The notes under the pieces were generated by a model that was not told the DNA's origin, searched no databases, and saw only the letters and a list, made by a program, of their open reading frames with translations. Below, in pieces: positions 42,993 through 53,491 of a stretch of DNA of 64,000 bases. The position numbers and the translations under genes are program-made. The DNA is from Nitrososphaerales archaeon. Lineage in GTDB: Archaea > Thermoproteota > Nitrososphaeria > Nitrososphaerales > UBA213. Each line of letters starts with the position of its first letter. The stretch's first letter is position 1. The stretch spans positions 1,001,497 through 1,065,496 of the forward strand of contig CBDAOC010000020.1 in assembly GCA_965197925.1 (NCBI GenBank), read 5' to 3'.

Positions 42993-43919
42993 CTAATGCC
43001 CGTGCCCTTTCAGCATTTTGTAGATATGCAGTATTCCTGGAAAGAGGGCATCCAGTGATTCGGAAACCGCCTTTACACTTCCTGGCAGGTTCACTATAAC
43101 GGTATTTCCCCTGACTCCTGCCACCCCTCTTGATAGCATTGATAACGGTGTCCTTCTTTGACCGTGTGCCCTTAGGACTTCAGCTACACCCTTTACATCC
43201 TTTTCCAGTACTTTCGTTGTCGCCTCCGGAGTTACGTCGCGGGGACCTACCCCTGTCCCCCCACTTGTTAACACAAGATCAACATTGAGCTCGTCACAGA
43301 ATCTCTTGAGGTTAGATTCTATATGATTCGCATCGTCAGATATGATTTTATGCTCCACAACATTGAATCCGTTCTTAGTAAGCTTTTCAACTGCAAGCTT
43401 TCCAGATTCATCACTTCTCTCATATCTGGATGTGGAATCACTTATCACAAGAACCGCTACCCTGAGGTTTCTGTCATATTTTTCGTAGAATCCTTTCATA
43501 CCACCATGCTTTTCCTGCAGTTTAACTGATTCTATGGTTAAGGTATCGTCGATAGGCTTCAGCATATCGTATATCGTCAGGGCGGCTATGCAAGCAGCCG
43601 TCAGGGATTCCATCTCCACGCCAGTTTTCCAAACAGTTTTCACATTCACTTTGACTTCGATGGTCTCTTCGTTCAGTGAAACATCGACCTTGACATGATC
43701 AATCGGTATAGGATGACAGTACGGTATTAACTCCCAAGTTCGCTTAGCAGCCATTGTTGCAGCCAGTCTTGCCGCATCAATTATGTTACCCTTGGGTGAT
43801 TTTCCTTCGTTTAAAAGGCGAATAGTCTCTGGACTGACTCTTACTATGGCATTCGCAACCGCCTGCCTTTGTGTATCTGGCTTATCACCAACATCGAACA
43901 TGCCCAAATTACTCACCAT
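42993..43919 (-). CDS. moaCB: Bifunctional MoaC-MoaB/MogA
   Basis: LIPYCHP, GVEME, IYDMLK; GGTGVGPRDVTPEA, NLPGS. Confidence 0.95.
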   Translation of the reverse strand: MVSNLGMFDVGDKPDTQRQAVANAIVRVSPETIRLLNEGKSPKGNIIDAARLAATMAAKRTWELIPYCHPIPIDHVKVDVSLNEETIEVKVNVKTVWKTGVEMESLTAACIAALTIYDMLKPIDDTLTIESVKLQEKHGGMKGFYEKYDRNLRVAVLVISDSTSRYERSDESGKLAVEKLTKNGFNVVEHKIISDDANHIESNLKRFCDELNVDLVLTSGGTGVGPRDVTPEATTKVLEKDVKGVAEVLRAHGQRRTPLSMLSRGVAGVRGNTVIVNLPGSVKAVSESLDALFPGILHIYKMLKGHGH

Positions 43920-44331
43920 TTATGGGGACACCTTTTACCCAAAACTCGCCAAGATCAGATTTCTCTTTTTTCCATATTGGTACTATTTTCTTGATCGTGT
44001 CGATTGCATACTTGCAGGCCTCAAAAGCTTCTTTGCGATGTTCTGAACACACAGCAGTTATCACACTTATTTCTCCAACCTTCAATTCACCTACCCTATG
44101 AATAGCAACAAACTTTCTTACACTCCATTTATCAATCACCTCACACTCGATTTTTCTGAGCATTTCTTTTGCCATTTCTTTGTATGCTTCATAATAAATT
44201 CCTGAAACTTTAGTGTTATCATTGTGATCCCTGACAGTTCCCAGGAAAAAAACAGTTGCGCCAGAGGATTCATCCTTGACATACTCCAATACTTTGGAGA
44301 CATCAATTTGGTCCTCAACTATGGCAAACAT
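43909..44331 (-). CDS. moaE: Molybdopterin synthase catalytic subunit
   Basis: FLGTVRD, HRVG, HRKEAF, PIWKKE. Confidence 0.95.
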   Translation of the reverse strand: MFAIVEDQIDVSKVLEYVKDESSGATVFFLGTVRDHNDNTKVSGIYYEAYKEMAKEMLRKIECEVIDKWSVRKFVAIHRVGELKVGEISVITAVCSEHRKEAFEACKYAIDTIKKIVPIWKKEKSDLGEFWVKGVPINGE

Positions 44332-44332
44332 T

Positions 44333-44602
44333 TCATCCGCCCCCTACGGGTGGCAGAAGCGCTGCCTCATCTATATGGCTTAGTATTGTGCTGTCATCTG
44401 CGATTCTATGGTTCAACGCAACCATGATTGGAATTCTTATTGATGAAAGTGCAGGATAAAGCTCTACGATCTTCTTTCTGAGGTCCCCAACCGTCCCGTT
44501 ATGTTGAAGTCTTAATCTTATCTCCTCTTTGCCAATAATCTCTCTTACCGAAGCAAACAACTTCACATTAACACTCAGCGGCTCAAGATTTCCCTTGCTC
44601 AT
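44333..44602 (-). CDS. moaD: Molybdopterin synthase sulfur carrier
   Basis: VKLFA...LLPPVGGG C-terminal di-Gly. Confidence 0.93.
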   Translation of the reverse strand: MSKGNLEPLSVNVKLFASVREIIGKEEIRLRLQHNGTVGDLRKKIVELYPALSSIRIPIMVALNHRIADDSTILSHIDEAALLPPVGGG

Positions 44603-44608
44603 AATTAC

Positions 44609-45601
44609 TTATCCTCCTATTGTATGCATTAGGTTTAGGGTTGGCTTGAGTGCCTTGGTTCTTATGATGCTTATTATACCTTCAGGCTTCTTGTTTATAC
44701 ATTCAAGAATATATTCTCTGATCTCATAGTCAGTCTTCCCACTTCTTAGTAACTTCTTGATGTTATATCCTGGATTTTCAAAAAGGCAAGTGAGAAATCT
44801 GCCGTCAGAAGTTATCCTTACTCTGTCACAGTAAGTACAGAACGGTTCAGTCATAGAGGGGATGAATCCTATAGTGCCATGTCCGTCAGCAAATGAGTAA
44901 AGTGTTGCTGGCTCAGAACTTTCATTTTTCAAGGGTAAAAGTGGTGTCAAATTCTTGCCTATGATTTCCATCATTTTCCTCTTACTAACTACAAGATCCG
45001 GTCTCCAGATACCTGACCCATCTAATGGCATAAACTCGATGAATCGAACAGTGTGACCCGTCTCTCTTGCAAATTCTGCGAATGTTACAACCTCATCATC
45101 GTTCCAACCTCTAATAATTACAGTATTTATCTTAAGTTTCAGACCAACATCATCTGCTGCCTCAATTCCATCTAAGACTCTGTTAAGCCCATCTAAGCCA
45201 TTAATTGCCTTGAATTTTTCAGTTCTGAAAGTATCGAGACTAACATTTACACTTTGAAGCCCAGCATCTTTAAGCTCTTTGACTTTATCATGTAGCAAAA
45301 TACCGTTAGTTGTCATACTAATGGTCTTAATTCCTTTTAACTTTGACAATTCACCAATAAAGTCTTCTATGCCCTGCCTGATCAGTGGTTCACCACCTGT
45401 AACTCTTATCTTTTCAACCCCTAGGCTTACTAGAATGGTAGTGAACCTAACAAGTTCCTCATATGTCAATATCTCACTTGCTGAAAACCATTTTGTATGT
45501 TCTGGCATACAGTAAATACAACGCATATTGCATCTGTCTGTAACAGAGATCCTAAGCTTTCTTGCAACCCTGCCGAAATTATCAACCAGACTTTCTTCCA
45601 A
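44609..45601 (-). CDS. moaA: GTP 3',8-cyclase (radical SAM)
   Basis: CNMRCIYC, TGGEP, C-terminal CxxC-x13-C, IGG end. Confidence 0.96.
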   Translation of the reverse strand: MEESLVDNFGRVARKLRISVTDRCNMRCIYCMPEHTKWFSASEILTYEELVRFTTILVSLGVEKIRVTGGEPLIRQGIEDFIGELSKLKGIKTISMTTNGILLHDKVKELKDAGLQSVNVSLDTFRTEKFKAINGLDGLNRVLDGIEAADDVGLKLKINTVIIRGWNDDEVVTFAEFARETGHTVRFIEFMPLDGSGIWRPDLVVSKRKMMEIIGKNLTPLLPLKNESSEPATLYSFADGHGTIGFIPSMTEPFCTYCDRVRITSDGRFLTCLFENPGYNIKKLLRSGKTDYEIREYILECINKKPEGIISIIRTKALKPTLNLMHTIGG

Positions 45602-45633
45602 TTTAGCTAGCCAACTCCTCTCACTCTAGTCGC

Positions 45634-46279
45634 CTACATTCTAATTTGATTTAACTGCTGGCAGAAATGGTCTCTCCATTCCTCGGGCAACGCCTCTAGT
45701 TTTGAAGCACGCCGCATAGCTTCAATGTCTTCTTTATCATGTACATATAACCTTACTATATCTTTAACAGTGATGTTATTCTTGTCACGACTGATAAGTT
45801 CGATTGGATCCACAGCACCAACTTCTCCTTCCTTCAATACCCTAAAGTAAAATCCAGGTCTACCACTTACCAGAAACTTTCTAATAATGTCTGTTCGTCC
45901 GAACCTTACACCAAGCTTATAGCATGGCATTCGTGGTTGTGTCATCATTACTCTGGCTGACCCAATTTGAAATTGATCACCGATATTGAACATATCTTCA
46001 AGAATCCCTTCCGTAGTCAAATTTTCACCAAACATACTCCATGGCAGAACAGTATCGGGTAATTGGACTTTCCAGTAGTCATAATGCTCCACTGGATATG
46101 CATAAACTGCCTTATCTGGCCCACCATGTACAGTCAAATCAGCCTGTCTGTCACCATCTAGGTTGAGCTTACGTAGTTTGACATGACCCTTGATTAGTTC
46201 TTTGAAAATTCCAGTCACAACCTCCTTTCCCTGAAAGAGCACCTCACGTGGAAGCCCTACGTTGACTAAGAATTTTCAT
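45634..46279 (-). CDS. MOSC-domain protein (YiiM-like); 5' frameshift near 46268
   Basis: HGGPDKAVY, FGENLT, QPRMPCYKL; the MKIL start at 46279 is out of frame with VNVGLPRE. Confidence 0.85.
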
Positions 46280-46484
46280 TTTAGATTGATCCGCCAATGC
46301 TCTATAAATATCAGTGAATACTCATTCATATATGTTTTCTATTCAGTTAATAGACTCCCCAAAAAAAAAGAAGGTGGTAATATTTAGAAACAAATCAAAG
46401 AAATACAGCTCTTTTTAGATTGATTCACAAATTATCGCGTATATTTGTATTAGAAGTAACTTTATTTGGTTCACAAAACTAAGT

Positions 46485-47756
46485 ATGATTATGGAACAAC
46501 ATGATACAACAAGGCATCATGGATTCAAGTCTTATATCCCTGTGGATGTTGCTCTTGGCAAGTTCTTGTCTTACATGGATATCTCCAAATTATTATCCTT
46601 TACAGAGAATGTTGACCTTGGAGATGCTTTAGGTAGAGTCTTAGCAGATGATCTTCTAAGTGATATTGATGTCCCACCATTTGTCAAGGCAGCTATGGAC
46701 GGCTATGCCGTGTTATCTAAAGATACAAAAGGTGCATCAAGTAAGCATCCAATTCTTCTTGATGTGATTGATAGCATATCGGCAGGGCAAGAAGTACGAT
46801 CCAGTGTTATATCTGGAAAGGCTGTAGCCGTTGCTACAGGAGGTATGATTCCAGATGGAGGGGATGCTGTGGTGATAGTGGAGAATACCGAATTAGTGGG
46901 TAACAAAGTTAAGATCATGGAAGAGGCAGAGCAAGGCAAAAATTTGGCATTAAAAGGCGAGGAAGTGAGCAAGGGTCAACTTCTACTTGAGAAGGGCACC
47001 TGGCTTGATGCTCAAGATTTAGGACTTGTAGCTTCTGTTGGTGTTGACAAGGTTCCAGTCCTCAGGAAGCCAAAGGTTGCAGTAATTGCCACCGGTAGTG
47101 AACTTATTGAACCGGGATCGAAGCCTGGTCCGGGACAAATTTTTGAGAGTAATAGGCATGTGATTTCGGGTATGGTGAAGGAGTTCGGGGGGGAAGTTGT
47201 GGACTTGGGTATTTGTAGAGATGAATGGGATTTAATATCATCTAAGTTAAGGGACGCACTTGCGTTCGACGTTGTAGTTGTAAGCGGTGGATCCTCTGTT
47301 GGTGAAAAAGACTTAATCCCTAATATCATAGGCAAAATGGGAAAGCCCGGATTGCTGGTTCATGGTGTAGCTATGAAACCCGGCTCTCCTACGGCCCTTG
47401 GAATACTCGATAACAAACCCATCATTGTCACGCCGGGTTTTCCTGTATCTTCATATTTTGCGTTCTACGCCTTTGGACGTCCTCTCCTCTTTCATATGTT
47501 AAAAACTAAAGGACCCCCAACACCAACAGTAAATGCGAGGATGTTAGCTGGTATTGATACACATGAGGGAATGCGTACTTTTGTAAGGGTCAAGATATCA
47601 AGAAATGATAATTGTTATTTTGCTAATCCCATTAGTGCAACAGGCGCCAGAGTTCTTTCAACACTAACGAATTCTGATGGCATAGTTATAGTGGATGATT
47701 TGAAGAGATTGCAGAAGAACGAAGAAGTTAATGTGATACTCCTAAGGAGTCTATAA
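46485..47756 (+). CDS. moeA: Molybdopterin molybdotransferase
   Basis: AMDGYA, ATGSEL, SGGSSVGEKD, MKPG. Confidence 0.95.
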   Translation: MIMEQHDTTRHHGFKSYIPVDVALGKFLSYMDISKLLSFTENVDLGDALGRVLADDLLSDIDVPPFVKAAMDGYAVLSKDTKGASSKHPILLDVIDSISAGQEVRSSVISGKAVAVATGGMIPDGGDAVVIVENTELVGNKVKIMEEAEQGKNLALKGEEVSKGQLLLEKGTWLDAQDLGLVASVGVDKVPVLRKPKVAVIATGSELIEPGSKPGPGQIFESNRHVISGMVKEFGGEVVDLGICRDEWDLISSKLRDALAFDVVVVSGGSSVGEKDLIPNIIGKMGKPGLLVHGVAMKPGSPTALGILDNKPIIVTPGFPVSSYFAFYAFGRPLLFHMLKTKGPPTPTVNARMLAGIDTHEGMRTFVRVKISRNDNCYFANPISATGARVLSTLTNSDGIVIVDDLKRLQKNEEVNVILLRSL

Positions 47757-47869
47757 ACTGAATTGAGGAAATAATTTCCTCAAGTAATTTGTTCACATGT
47801 TGATAATAATCAAAAAATAGATAAGTATAGGAAGACATTTAATAAAAATAAAAGCGGATATATCTTGAC

Positions 47870-47992
47870 ATGAATTGTTATGCTTGTGGCGGAGAATTAA
47901 ACGAAAATAACTCACATACAGTAAAATTTTATCCAGATGTTTTGGGTCCTATCGACCTCTGTGACGAATGTTGGAAAATCAAGATCGAGTAA
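47870..47992 (+). CDS. 40-aa CxxCG zinc-finger microprotein (absent from ORF track)
   Basis: MNCYACGGEL...LCDECWKIKIE; TTTAATA about 26-32 bp upstream. Confidence 0.6.
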   Translation: MNCYACGGELNENNSHTVKFYPDVLGPIDLCDECWKIKIE

Positions 47993-48099
47993 ATTGCACC
48001 TATAAAATTTGAAAGGCAATCACTGCGCCAACAAATCTCGATAAAAAGACAGTTAAGGGAAAATTAGACTTATTGCTTTACTGTAGAACTCTGAGATAG

Positions 48100-48600
48100 G
48101 CATTGTGGTACCTTTGACAGCTGTCCGGACAACGATCAATTGTTTGGTGGTCCCGATAATGATTCCGTGGTTGGAGGAGATGGTGAAGATGTAGTTCGTG
48201 GGGTCCTGGCGATGATTTACTTCGTGGGAATAATGGAAATGATTTCATATTAGGTGGTGATGGTGATGATCTCTTAGAAGGTGATCACTTTGCAGCAACC
48301 AACCCTGGCATCGACCAACTATTTGGTGGGCCGGGAACAGATCTGATATTTGGGAATGAAGATTATGACCAATTATTTGGTGAATTAGACATTGACTATC
48401 TATCCTGTGGAGAAGGTAATGATAACCACCATCAAGAAGAGAACAATAGTTGTGAGTCATTCACCTTCTTTACAAACTTAGAGGGTGTGCATGAAGTACC
48501 TCCAGTTACTACTAATGCAAGCGGAGTTGCTTCGTTCAGGTTTAATACTACCGGTAATGAATTATTGAAGTTTAGAATTACCGTAAAGAATCTAGACTAG
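48100..48600 (+). pseudogene. Remnant of an RTX-repeat + CHRD-domain protein
   Basis: FGGPDND and GGDGDDLLEG fragments in several frames; LEGVHEVPPVTTNASG CHRD start. Confidence 0.6.
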
Positions 48601-48760
48601 GATGGTAACCAGACTATAATTTTATTTAAGCCAGGCAGAGGGGTTTGAAACAGGGCAAACTTGAACTTGCGGCTTTAAGAATAGGTTATACTGAAGGTCT
48701 GATCGAGGCGATAAGATTCCTAAAGTGTGTTAATACGTGGGAGTAAAATAGTATTTATAC

Positions 48761-48952
48761 ATGATTTTTGGCTTTACGATCATGCAACTAGACGGTCAAT
48801 TTGTATCCGGAATTTCTATGACTGTATTTGGTCTTCTACTTATAATTTTAGGTGTATCTGCTGATATGTTTAACATTCTCTTCCCCGTCGCATTGGTTTT
48901 CATATTTGCTGGGATTGCTTTAAAAGTAATTTCTGTGAAGAATTTAGGCTAG
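48761..48952 (+). CDS. Small two-TM hypothetical protein
   Basis: Two hydrophobic helices. Confidence 0.45.
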   Translation: MIFGFTIMQLDGQFVSGISMTVFGLLLIILGVSADMFNILFPVALVFIFAGIALKVISVKNLG

Positions 48953-49125
48953 CCCTCCAAACTAGTTCTTTAATTGTGATTGAAATATTTCCTTTTTATA
49001 ATCTTGCTATACGCTTAATGTGAGTAGCTTTCAGCTTTGATAGCTTTGAATCTGTAATAAATAATAAAAATTAGGAAACATTCTAACATATGTTAAGATA
49101 TACCATAAAGGATTAACCAAAAATT

Positions 49126-49290
49126 GGCTCAGTAGAAACCATACTATAAAGACAATCACTCTGCAAATTGTAAGCAATAACCCTAAATGTTAATTCCTTG
49201 TTCTGCATCTTAGCAATTCTTGATGTTACATGCTCTTCAAACATTCTCTTTATCACTGATAGAATAGTTTCATTCTTCACTTTATGAAAT
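49126..49290 (-). mobile_element. Right-end remnant of IS type B
   Basis: GGCTCAGTAGAAACCAT TIR plus sequence matching the reverse complement of 15470-15623. Confidence 0.8.
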
Positions 49291-49953
49291 ATTCCTCAGC
49301 ATAGATGTTAGCGATAATTAGTCCGAAATCCTTCCCAATTATTTCTTCGTTACAAAAGGCTGCTTATAATTACCTATATCATATCCGTCCAGCCTCAAGT
49401 ACTTCAATGTAAGTTTGTAAACTAATTCGTCACGATCCTCATCCTGCATGATCTTCGCCCAAGTTATCCTAATTTTAGATTCTATCTCTGGCTCTAACTT
49501 ATTCGCTAGAGTACGTGCGCTTTGTCTGTACTCTTCGAATAGCTTGTTAAATCTCCTCGGCTTTGTATTGCAGGCTTCCACAATACTCCTTACATCGCAC
49601 ACAATTTAAGTTGATCTCCAAAGCTTATACCAGTTTTGGTTCCGTTGATGTGGTTACGACTGAAATATCAAATAGTAAAATACTAAGAATGATTAACCGA
49701 ACAAATGTAAAGGCTATTCAGTAAGGAATATTCTTGATTATGCTAAAGATAACGGAGTCAATCTCTTTCCTATAGAATTCAAGAATTTACTCCAATAGCA
49801 TCCAGAAATAAACCCGTAATTTCTCTGCAGGACTCTATATATTGCACGCATTCATATTCACATACTAATAACAATAATACATTTCAAGAATTCATTTTCT
49901 AAATATATTTCCCCTTCCTAAGCGGAAACATCCTGGTCTAGAACTAGATTTGC

Positions 49954-50595
49954 TTACTCTTGTGTCAAAGAGAAAACAATTGGTTCTAGTTCAGAAGGTA
50001 AATCTATCAAGTAATCTGGTTTTTCTTTTTTTAAGGCTCCTTTAGAATTGAAACCCCAACTAACTGCAACTGTGATAACCTTTGATTTTTTACCTGCATT
50101 CATATCTCGTACTTCATCTCCTACGTAGAAGACCTTCTCTTTTTTCAGATTATTTTTAGTGATTAGTTTTCTGAGAACTTTACTTTTCCCAAATACACTA
50201 TTGCCCGAATATAAAAAATCAAAAATATTCAATTCGTTGCTTTCTAGAAACTTTTTCACATTTTCTCCTGTGTTAGTAGTTAGAATACCTATTTTACATC
50301 CTCTCTCCTTCAATAGTGATAAAGTTGGTTTTAGGTTGGTACTTGGATGGAGATTTCCAATTTCTTGATTAATCTCAGAAGTAATTCTCCTTGTCCAAAA
50401 TGGTAATTTGTATATAGGAATTCCCAGATGTGATAGAATCTCTTTTGGTTTCTTTTCCCTAAGTAATGGAATATCTTCTTCTAAAACTTGTTTGTGTCCA
50501 AATTCATCAGAAATTCTATTTACAATTGCTATTATTGGATCGAGGGTATTCGCAATGGTCCCATCAAAATCAAAAATTATTATAGGTTTTCCCAT
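49954..50595 (-). CDS. HAD-family phosphatase
   Basis: FDFDGT, ILTTN, YVGDEVRD. Confidence 0.9.
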   Translation of the reverse strand: MGKPIIIFDFDGTIANTLDPIIAIVNRISDEFGHKQVLEEDIPLLREKKPKEILSHLGIPIYKLPFWTRRITSEINQEIGNLHPSTNLKPTLSLLKERGCKIGILTTNTGENVKKFLESNELNIFDFLYSGNSVFGKSKVLRKLITKNNLKKEKVFYVGDEVRDMNAGKKSKVITVAVSWGFNSKGALKKEKPDYLIDLPSELEPIVFSLTQE

Positions 50596-50597
50596 TT

Positions 50598-51953
50598 TTA
50601 TTTCGACCTTATTTTATCTTTAAAATATTTCAAAAGCATCTGGCCAATGATTTTAGGGTGAAATAGTACAGAAGGAGATTTGGTCATATGCATCATTTCA
50701 AGAAATGACTTTGCTGCCAATTCACTATTGGGAATCAAGAGCATCACACTGTTGGTGTATTTTTGCATAAATCTCACAGATAAACTGGGCTTTTTGCCTT
50801 TTGTTGTTGGCCATCTAAGATCATCACTTGTTCCTAAAATCCAAGGTAGGGACACAATTTCAGACACCTTTACTTGAAATTGTTTTGAAAAGTCTTTCCA
50901 ATCTGCGTCATTTTGTATTTGTTTAAGACTTTTTGAAAGATATTCAACACATAGTGCGGCTGATGTCATTCCCTGTCCATAAAATGGATTGAAGGTACAA
51001 ACAGAATCTCCTATTACGATAAAGTTTTGTGGCCATCGAGAAAGTTTCTCATATTGGTATTTTCTGCTTCCCTCTATTCTGTATCCAAAAATCTTAGATA
51101 CCGGAATTGCTTCCTTGATTGAATCATAAAGTTCTGTGGTGGGCAATTTTTTGATAAAATCTAGAAACCCTTCTTTATCGGTTGGAGGATACTCGCCCCC
51201 AATTCCTGAAACTCCAATGATCCATTGATCATTTTCAACCGGGTAGACAATTCCAGTTCTAGGATTATGAGTTGGCCTGTTAAGTATGGCTAGCATCTTC
51301 CAAATCTTTTCATCAGGTGGTTTTCTATAAATTCTAGTGGCATAACCAACATACGAATCTATCTTCAACTCTTTTGGTTTTTGAAACCCAATATTTTCAA
51401 GCCATAATGGGGTTTTTGTATTTCTTCCGCTAGCATCAACCACTAAATCTGCCTTGATAGAATCCAGATTACCATCATTTTGATACTCTAAACCCATGAC
51501 TCTTGTTTCATCTAAAATCAAATTCTTGACAAAGCAATTCTCAAAAATGGTAATATTCGAAAAGTTTTGCAATACTTTGTTTCGTATTGATTTTTCCAAT
51601 AAAGTCCGTGAGCAAGTATAAGTGATAACTTCTGAACAAAATTTTGGTGCCCATCCTGTAGGAAGCAGAATTCTTACATCATTAAGAAAGTCAATTTTAT
51701 GAGCACCATGGGCTAAAAGTTCTTCTTCTATATCGGGGCAAAGCTTTCTCAGGATTTGATATCCTCTTGAAAGTAAAAAATGAATGTGAGTTGCCTGAGG
51801 GGTTCCTTTTCTGATATTCCCATTACTTAAAGAGTCTCTTTCAAGAATAATCACTTGATCAAAATAATCAGATAATACTCGTGCGCTTAACGTTCCAGCG
51901 ATGCTCGCACCTATTACTATGGCTTTTTTTCTCAAAATTCTTTCTGCCTCCAT
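50598..51953 (-). CDS. FAD-dependent monooxygenase/epoxidase-like protein
   Basis: GASIAG, DASGR, GDSVCTFNPFYGQGM. Confidence 0.88.
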   Translation of the reverse strand: MEAERILRKKAIVIGASIAGTLSARVLSDYFDQVIILERDSLSNGNIRKGTPQATHIHFLLSRGYQILRKLCPDIEEELLAHGAHKIDFLNDVRILLPTGWAPKFCSEVITYTCSRTLLEKSIRNKVLQNFSNITIFENCFVKNLILDETRVMGLEYQNDGNLDSIKADLVVDASGRNTKTPLWLENIGFQKPKELKIDSYVGYATRIYRKPPDEKIWKMLAILNRPTHNPRTGIVYPVENDQWIIGVSGIGGEYPPTDKEGFLDFIKKLPTTELYDSIKEAIPVSKIFGYRIEGSRKYQYEKLSRWPQNFIVIGDSVCTFNPFYGQGMTSAALCVEYLSKSLKQIQNDADWKDFSKQFQVKVSEIVSLPWILGTSDDLRWPTTKGKKPSLSVRFMQKYTNSVMLLIPNSELAAKSFLEMMHMTKSPSVLFHPKIIGQMLLKYFKDKIRSK

Positions 51954-52536
51954 ATAAGGGAATTATTTGTTTTATTGGGTTTTATCCTTCCTCTCATTGT
52001 TGTGATATAACTAGATCTATTGTCCGTAGGGAATAATTGCAATTTTAGGTATGAACCTCATTAAGTTAAACGTATTGTTCTTGTCTATAACCCCTCGCCT
52101 TGACAAGAGGGGCAGACGTCATATAATGAGCATAGCAAAAAAATCCGCAATACGAACCTTTGGTCAATGACACCAACGAAGCCATTCCTACTATAGGTTC
52201 AAATTATTTTTGCAAGGCAACATTATCATTTTATAAAATACTTACAAATATCCATCAATACAAACTCTACTCTATTGGTTCCTATCTTCTTAACTGGCTT
52301 TCAAAGGAATGAAGTCTGTTAAATATAATCCCAATTGTGGGCAATTCTAATTTTATCTTGCTAATGAACCTCCTCACGTACAAATGGCAAAGAATCCATT
52401 AAGAAGAAGATCCTTAGCATTATATCTCAATCAGATATTGTAAGATGGTAAAATTGAACTGGAAATTTACTCATGCCCCACATTTTTAGTTGAATAATTT
52501 TTTATAAAAGAAATGTAGGAAGCAACTGAAGGAGAA

Positions 52537-52770
52537 TTGTCAATGCGAATTCCAATAAGATTTGCTTCCCTCCTATTTGGTGTACTTATGGGCGTGTTTA
52601 TGTCCTCAATCATGTCCTTCGCAATGTTGGCAATCAACTTTGGGTTCACTCCCAATTTTATCAATGTCTGGTTCAACTCCTTCATTGTAGGCTTCATTGT
52701 GGCTACTCCTATAGCACTTGTAGCAGTACCCGTTATTGGCAAGATCGTAAAACGATTAACTTCTAACTAG
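52537..52770 (+). CDS. DUF2798-like small membrane protein
   Basis: MSSIMS...W..SF...F.VA.P pattern, 2 TM. Confidence 0.7.
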   Translation: MSMRIPIRFASLLFGVLMGVFMSSIMSFAMLAINFGFTPNFINVWFNSFIVGFIVATPIALVAVPVIGKIVKRLTSN

Positions 52771-53075
52771 CCATATCAGAACAGTTAGATTAGAAGAAAA
52801 CAGTTTTTCTTTTTGATAACTCTCTTATTGCACACTTAATCAGCGTAGGATATATTTCTTTGATGCAATTCACAAAACAAGATTGTGATAGTTAATGCCT
52901 CTCTGATGGCTAAACTACACATTATTTGACTTTATTCCTCAATGTATCTGAAATCACTGTCTGTTCGAATCCACTTCGGGCCCACTAATTATCAGAAATA
53001 TTATATGCTGAAAATCTTCCATCTTCCTAAGTCTAGGAAGACTTAATTCACTGAAAGCTTTGATCTACCAAGATT

Positions 53076-53375
53076 ATGATTGGAAGATTGAAGAGAATTA
53101 AAACCAATGAGGATATGCAAGCAGAATTCGAAGGTCTCTTCAAGGAGTTAGACGCTCTAGTTAAATCAAATGAACCGGATTGCAAGGTTCATGAACTCTA
53201 CAAGTCTGCTACCGATAACAGCAGTTATGTTGTTGTTGAGCAATATGTTGATGAGCGGGCATTAAATGCCCATGTAGAGTCTGAGCTAGTGTACTTCGAC
53301 AGAATTCGTCCTCTCTTGGCGAAAGTAGAAATTGAGACTTTTAGTTACGAGAAATCCGAAAAGATTGCGTTTTGA
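53076..53375 (+). CDS. ABM (antibiotic biosynthesis monooxygenase) domain protein
   Basis: EPDC, VVEQY...ALNAH. Confidence 0.75.
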   Translation: MIGRLKRIKTNEDMQAEFEGLFKELDALVKSNEPDCKVHELYKSATDNSSYVVVEQYVDERALNAHVESELVYFDRIRPLLAKVEIETFSYEKSEKIAF

Positions 53376-53491
53376 AACTTCTGTCTTCAACAATGGTCGT
53401 TGGGAATTGATGTCTCTGATTTGTCGTAATTAATGGTTATAGGTAGGATACATCACATTGAATGATTCCCTTCATGAATTAGATGCTATTG

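Noticed and set aside
49339..49602. 87-aa ORF next to the IS remnant
   Set aside because: Probably a gene fragment with no assignable family
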